Below, piece after piece: positions 61,737 to 64,000 of a stretch of DNA of 64,000 nt. Position numbers and translations under genes: made by a program. Location: positions 13,387-77,386 of the forward strand of contig CASEYJ010000006.1 of assembly GCA_949292175.1 (NCBI GenBank), given 5' to 3'. The first letter of the stretch is position 1; every line of letters starts with the position of its first letter. Source of the DNA: an uncultured bacterium. Lineage in GTDB: Bacteria; Cyanobacteriota; Vampirovibrionia; Gastranaerophilales; Gastranaerophilaceae. The notes below the pieces were generated by a model, which ran no database searches, had not been told where the DNA came from, and saw nothing but the letters and a program-made list of their open reading frames with translations.

Positions 61737-63362
61737 ATGATTAATTCTGTAAACAGTAGTAGTTATAATAAAAGTGTATTTAATGATTTTTCGAAGAATA
61801 AAAATCAGAATTTTTTTATTACTCAAAATCAAACAACAGATACACAAAAACCATCGCATAAGAATAGAAATATTGCTTTTGCGATAGGTAGTTCTGCACT
61901 GTTTGTCGGGGTTGGTATTCTTGTTTTAATGAGAGGTTTGCCTAAGAATACTTCAAAATATTTGGAATCAATTAAGGAATTTTTGGAAAAGAAACTCGAA
62001 AAATCATCACTAAAAGGTTCTGATAAGTGGAATGAATTTTATATATATTCACTAAGAAAAGTGAATACATTTATCGATAAAGCTCAAAGTATTAACAACT
62101 TTACCTCATTAAAGGATGTTTTGTTTAAAAATTTAATGGATAAAACTCGTGTTACTGCGAAAATACACAAAAAGATATCGGATCTCTTCGAACGAATTTC
62201 ACGTAGAACTGTAAAAGGTGCTTACAAGTCTACCGGTAAGTCTTTTGCTAAGACGTTCGAATCTTTTGATCGTTTAGATTCATATATATTGAAAACTAAG
62301 CCGAATGAGATTATCACGATTAATGGTAAGTCAATGACTAAGCGTGAGTGGCTAAAAGTTGCGCGTATGAAACGTGCAAATATTCAAAATGCCGTTGATG
62401 ATTTTATTTCTCCTGCTAAGCAAGTTTCAAGATATAAACAAATCAAATCAGTTACATCAAGATTGTATGAACAATTCTGGGATGAAAGTTTCAAAGATTT
62501 TTGGTCTAAAAACAATAAATTTAGAAGAAAAGAAATGTGGCAGACATTTATTCCTGAAGAGAAAATCTCAGCAGGAAAAGCTTCTCTGGCAGATCAAGTT
62601 TCGGTTATAAGAAATAAAATTACATATACAAATGCAGATAAAATAAACCTTATTAATGCCAAGTTGAAGAAACTTGAAGATTTAATTTTACCTTCAGATA
62701 GAGAGGGTTTAGACCTTGTTAAGAAGTTGAAGTGGTTCTTAAAGAACCCTGATGGGCTTGGTGAGAATACTGACGTGTTCAAAAAAGAATTGTCTAAATT
62801 GTTAGACAGACCACTCCAAGATGGGTTGGATCGTAGCATTATTTCTAACCAGCAGAAAATGCGTCAATTGTTTGTAAATTCAATTAACGATTTAATTGAC
62901 AACAAGGATTGTGGTGAGCTTCAAGAAATGTTGCATATTTACGAGAAGATCGCACCTTATGAATTGTCTATGCTTAAACCTCAGGTTGCAAAATCTATAA
63001 AATCATTTGACAAGTCATTAAATCTTGAAACAGTTGAATTTTTCGATAAGGTTAGAGATTTGGAACTGGGTTCAGCTCCGACAGATATGCTTTCAATCTT
63101 AGCTTCAGGTGGAATGATTGCTTACGGTTTAACTCAAGCCAAGGATGCAGATGAACGTATGTCAGTAACTTTGAAGGCCGGAATCCCTATTGTTGGTGCA
63201 ATCGGAACTTCTCTTGTATGTACCGCTAGGTTAATTTCAGGCGGCAAAGCTATGTTGATTGGTACTTTGTCAGGTTTAGCGCTTAACCAAATCGGTAATA
63301 TTGCGGATAATATACGTAAAAAATATTTCAAAAATCCTACAAATAGTCAGCTTGCGCGGTAA
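61737..63362 (+). CDS. Hypothetical membrane protein (541 aa)
   Basis: N/Q/S-rich N-terminus, TM helix IAFAIGSSALFVGVGILVLM, ~400 aa of K/E/F-rich helical sequence, and a C-terminal Gly/Ala-rich hydrophobic pair (MLSILASGGMIAYGL; AGIPIVGAIGTSLVCTARLISGGKAMLIGTLSGLALNQIG). Confidence 0.7.
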   Translation: MINSVNSSSYNKSVFNDFSKNKNQNFFITQNQTTDTQKPSHKNRNIAFAIGSSALFVGVGILVLMRGLPKNTSKYLESIKEFLEKKLEKSSLKGSDKWNEFYIYSLRKVNTFIDKAQSINNFTSLKDVLFKNLMDKTRVTAKIHKKISDLFERISRRTVKGAYKSTGKSFAKTFESFDRLDSYILKTKPNEIITINGKSMTKREWLKVARMKRANIQNAVDDFISPAKQVSRYKQIKSVTSRLYEQFWDESFKDFWSKNNKFRRKEMWQTFIPEEKISAGKASLADQVSVIRNKITYTNADKINLINAKLKKLEDLILPSDREGLDLVKKLKWFLKNPDGLGENTDVFKKELSKLLDRPLQDGLDRSIISNQQKMRQLFVNSINDLIDNKDCGELQEMLHIYEKIAPYELSMLKPQVAKSIKSFDKSLNLETVEFFDKVRDLELGSAPTDMLSILASGGMIAYGLTQAKDADERMSVTLKAGIPIVGAIGTSLVCTARLISGGKAMLIGTLSGLALNQIGNIADNIRKKYFKNPTNSQLAR

Positions 63363-63416
63363 AAATTGTATGATACAATTATCTTGCAGTTTAATTATTG
63401 AAAAGGATTTACGTTA

Positions 63417-64000
63417 TGCCTCAGTTTACAGATGTTAGCAAGATAAGAGAAAGTTTAGAGAATAGAGAATTTGATATATTGAGTGATTTTGCGACAAAAG
63501 CAAAAAATTCAAAGGGTAGAAAGCGCGCAGAAGAAGAATGCACAATAAGAACATGTTTTCAGCGTGATAGAGATAGAATTTTGCATTCAAAAGCTTTTAG
63601 AAGATTGAAACATAAGACGCAAGTGTTCTTATCTCCATTTGATGATCACTTTAGAACTCGTCTTACTCATACTTTAGAAGTTTCTCAAATTGCGAGAACA
63701 ATAGCTCGTTCTCTAAGTTTGAATGAAGATTTGACTGAGGCAATTGCACTCGGGCATGATTTGGGGCATACTCCTTTTGGGCATTGTGGCGAAGGTGTGT
63801 TGAACGAATTAGTCAAGGGTGGTTTTCATCATAATATTCAGAGTGTGAGAGTTGTTGAGATACTTGAGGATTTGAACCTTTGTGCGGAGACTGTTGATGG
63901 TATTTTAACTCATACTTGGGGTTTTACTCCAAGAACTCCGGAAGCTCAAGTTGTTCAACTTGCAGATAAGATAGCTTATATAAATCACGATATAGAGGAT
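63417..64000 (+). CDS. dgt: dGTPase-like HD-domain triphosphohydrolase, 5' part (runs off the right edge)
   Basis: Manual translation from ATG 63417: [14 protein letters not shown]...[24 protein letters not shown]...[14 protein letters not shown]...[11 protein letters not shown]. Absent from the ORF track because there is no stop in the window. Confidence 0.85.

Noticed and set aside
1-64000. Scan for CRISPR arrays, tRNA/rRNA genes, transposases, integrases, reverse transcriptases, restriction-modification genes or classic toxin-antitoxin pairs
   Set aside because: No regular repeat-spacer arrays, no tRNA-like T-arm strings (GGTTCGAATCC type), and no ORF with the corresponding catalytic motifs were seen. 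The window looks like core chromosome with a few lineage-specific inserts.

Overview
This is a visibly AT-rich, densely coding bacterial chromosome segment with about 60 protein genes on both strands. I recognised no rRNA, tRNA, CRISPR, transposase, integrase or phage genes. Most of it is core housekeeping: rpsP; murC-murB-ddl-ftsQ; folK; malQ; ileS; a DAACS symporter; nrdJ; rpmB; rarA; pyrF; hydF; rpsO; skp; yceD-rpmF-plsX-fabH-(75-aa ORF)-fabD-fabG-acpP-fabF; aroE; topA; dprA; lptC/lptA-like; uppS; rdgB; rsmG; M23 peptidase-lptD-like-aldolase-lpxI-lpxB; and dgt, which is cut by the right edge. Lipid A/Lpt genes, [FeFe]-hydrogenase genes and a G|FxxxE pilin point to a fermentative diderm lineage, possibly Melainabacteria/Vampirovibrionia-like; that is inference only and cannot be tested here. 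Five things stand out. (i) A >1,400-codon LysM/glycine-rich giant gene lies on the minus strand at 1-4205; the ORF track misses it because it runs off the window. (ii) A five-gene hfs-like putative H2-sensing module sits at 44259-49287: a 2Fe-2S protein, a PAS-containing sensory hydrogenase paralogue, a PP2C phosphatase, a second 2Fe-2S protein and a catalytic [FeFe] hydrogenase. (iii) An uncharacterised 542-aa protein (25076-26704) has flagellin-like architecture, with helical termini and a Gly/Asp/Tyr-rich core, and sits behind a partial sigma-28-like motif. (iv) Three orphan small genes (50807-52328) include a beta-hairpin-repeat protein and a minimal HEXXH SprA-related protein. (v) An N-terminal P-loop + TPR STAND-like protein overlaps rsmG. 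None of these can be shown to be novel without database searches.
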